DNA from: a virus
Lineage: Duplodnaviria; Caudoviricetes
IMG/VR virus record: IMGVR_UViG_3300022906_000001
Coordinates: 1-42,516 of that record
Direction: 5' to 3' (one strand)
Length of the DNA stretch: 42,516 nucleotides
Positions 42,102 to 42,516 of this stretch are shown one piece after another. The notes under the pieces were generated by a model that did no database searches, was not told where the DNA came from, and saw nothing but the letters and a program-made list of their open reading frames with translations. The position numbers and the translations under genes were made by a program. Within the stretch, counting starts at the first letter, position 1; each line of letters opens with the position of its first letter.

Positions 42102-42516
42102 TGCCCGAAGGTCACAAGACGCGTCAGTACTGCCCGTTTCCGCCGTGCCGCGAGAAGTGGTGGCGGTCGCCCGGCGAGCCCTTCACGACGCCCGTGCACC
42201 GGGTGCTCGTGCTGGTCATGGGCGACCCGATCGACGAGGAATGCCCCGGCTCGCGGATCCGGATGGCGGGCAACGGCAACATCTCGCCGCAGGACGCCGC
42301 GTACCTGCTACGGGCGCAGCGCTCGTGGGAGCAGGAGGAAGAGGATCAGGCGCGCCGCAACGCGGTGATGCCGACCGACCCGGCGACGGGCTTCCTCGGC
42401 TTCCCGCTCGGCAAGCGCCCGCACGGTGTCGACGCCAAGGCGTTCCCGGCGCGGCGTGGCGACCCGGGCGCACCCGACGAGGACTGGAAACCGAAAACGA
42501 CCGTTCTGCCACCGAC
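42101..42516 (+). CDS. hypothetical protein wrapping the contig end (continues to 539; 275 aa in total)
   Basis: TGATG-coupled start MPEGHKTRQYCPFPPC...; no stop through the overlap; in frame with 159-539. Confidence 0.7.
   Translation, partial: MPEGHKTRQYCPFPPCREKWWRSPGEPFTTPVHRVLVLVMGDPIDEECPGSRIRMAGNGNISPQDAAYLLRAQRSWEQEEEDQARRNAVMPTDPATGFLGFPLGKRPHGVDAKAFPARRGDPGAPDEDWKPKTTVLPP
42390..42516. repeat. 127-bp direct repeat identical to 1-127
   Basis: Exact match to window start. Confidence 0.95.

Noticed and set aside
42390-42516. 127-bp terminal repeat as a biological direct terminal repeat
   Set aside because: Its length equals a standard assembly k-mer, it lies mid-gene, and it is far from the terminase/HNH region.

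Overview
The window is an apparently complete, circular genome (42,389 bp unique) of a GC-rich tailed siphovirus-type phage of an actinomycete. The 127-bp identical ends look like assembler overlap. The host is not determinable here; a soil actinomycete such as Micromonosporaceae is my guess from the endolysin and secreted-protein types. Transcription diverges from a control region at ~41.55-41.63 kb. The rightward arm wraps the contig end and carries small genes, a PD-(D/E)XK exonuclease, a ~500-nt structured RNA locus with two aberrant tRNA-like cloverleaves, an SSB-like protein, a RusA-like resolvase and a secreted I36/crystallin-like protein. The leftward arm carries a putative ribbon-helix-helix regulator, primase-polymerase/helicase, an iteron-like origin, small accessory genes, an SF2 helicase, HNH, terminase, portal, capsid, a fibre/whisker-like cassette, two GT2 glycosyltransferases, tail genes and lysis genes. 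The arms converge on a 24-bp hairpin at ~6.0 kb. I could not recognise an integrase, partition system or DNA polymerase. Most notable: (1) the tRNA-mimic/structured RNA cluster behind its own promoter; (2) glycosyltransferases inside the virion operon, with capsid and tail tube both ending in Gly-Ser, a candidate virion O-glycosylation system; (3) eight promoters sharing a tandem 11-bp operator-like spacer, several driving leaderless genes; (4) an antisense gene nested inside an ORF that is translationally coupled at both ends. All functional calls come from motif recognition and synteny by eye; no searches were run. Many start sites were re-chosen relative to the ORF track using RBS and stop/start overlaps.
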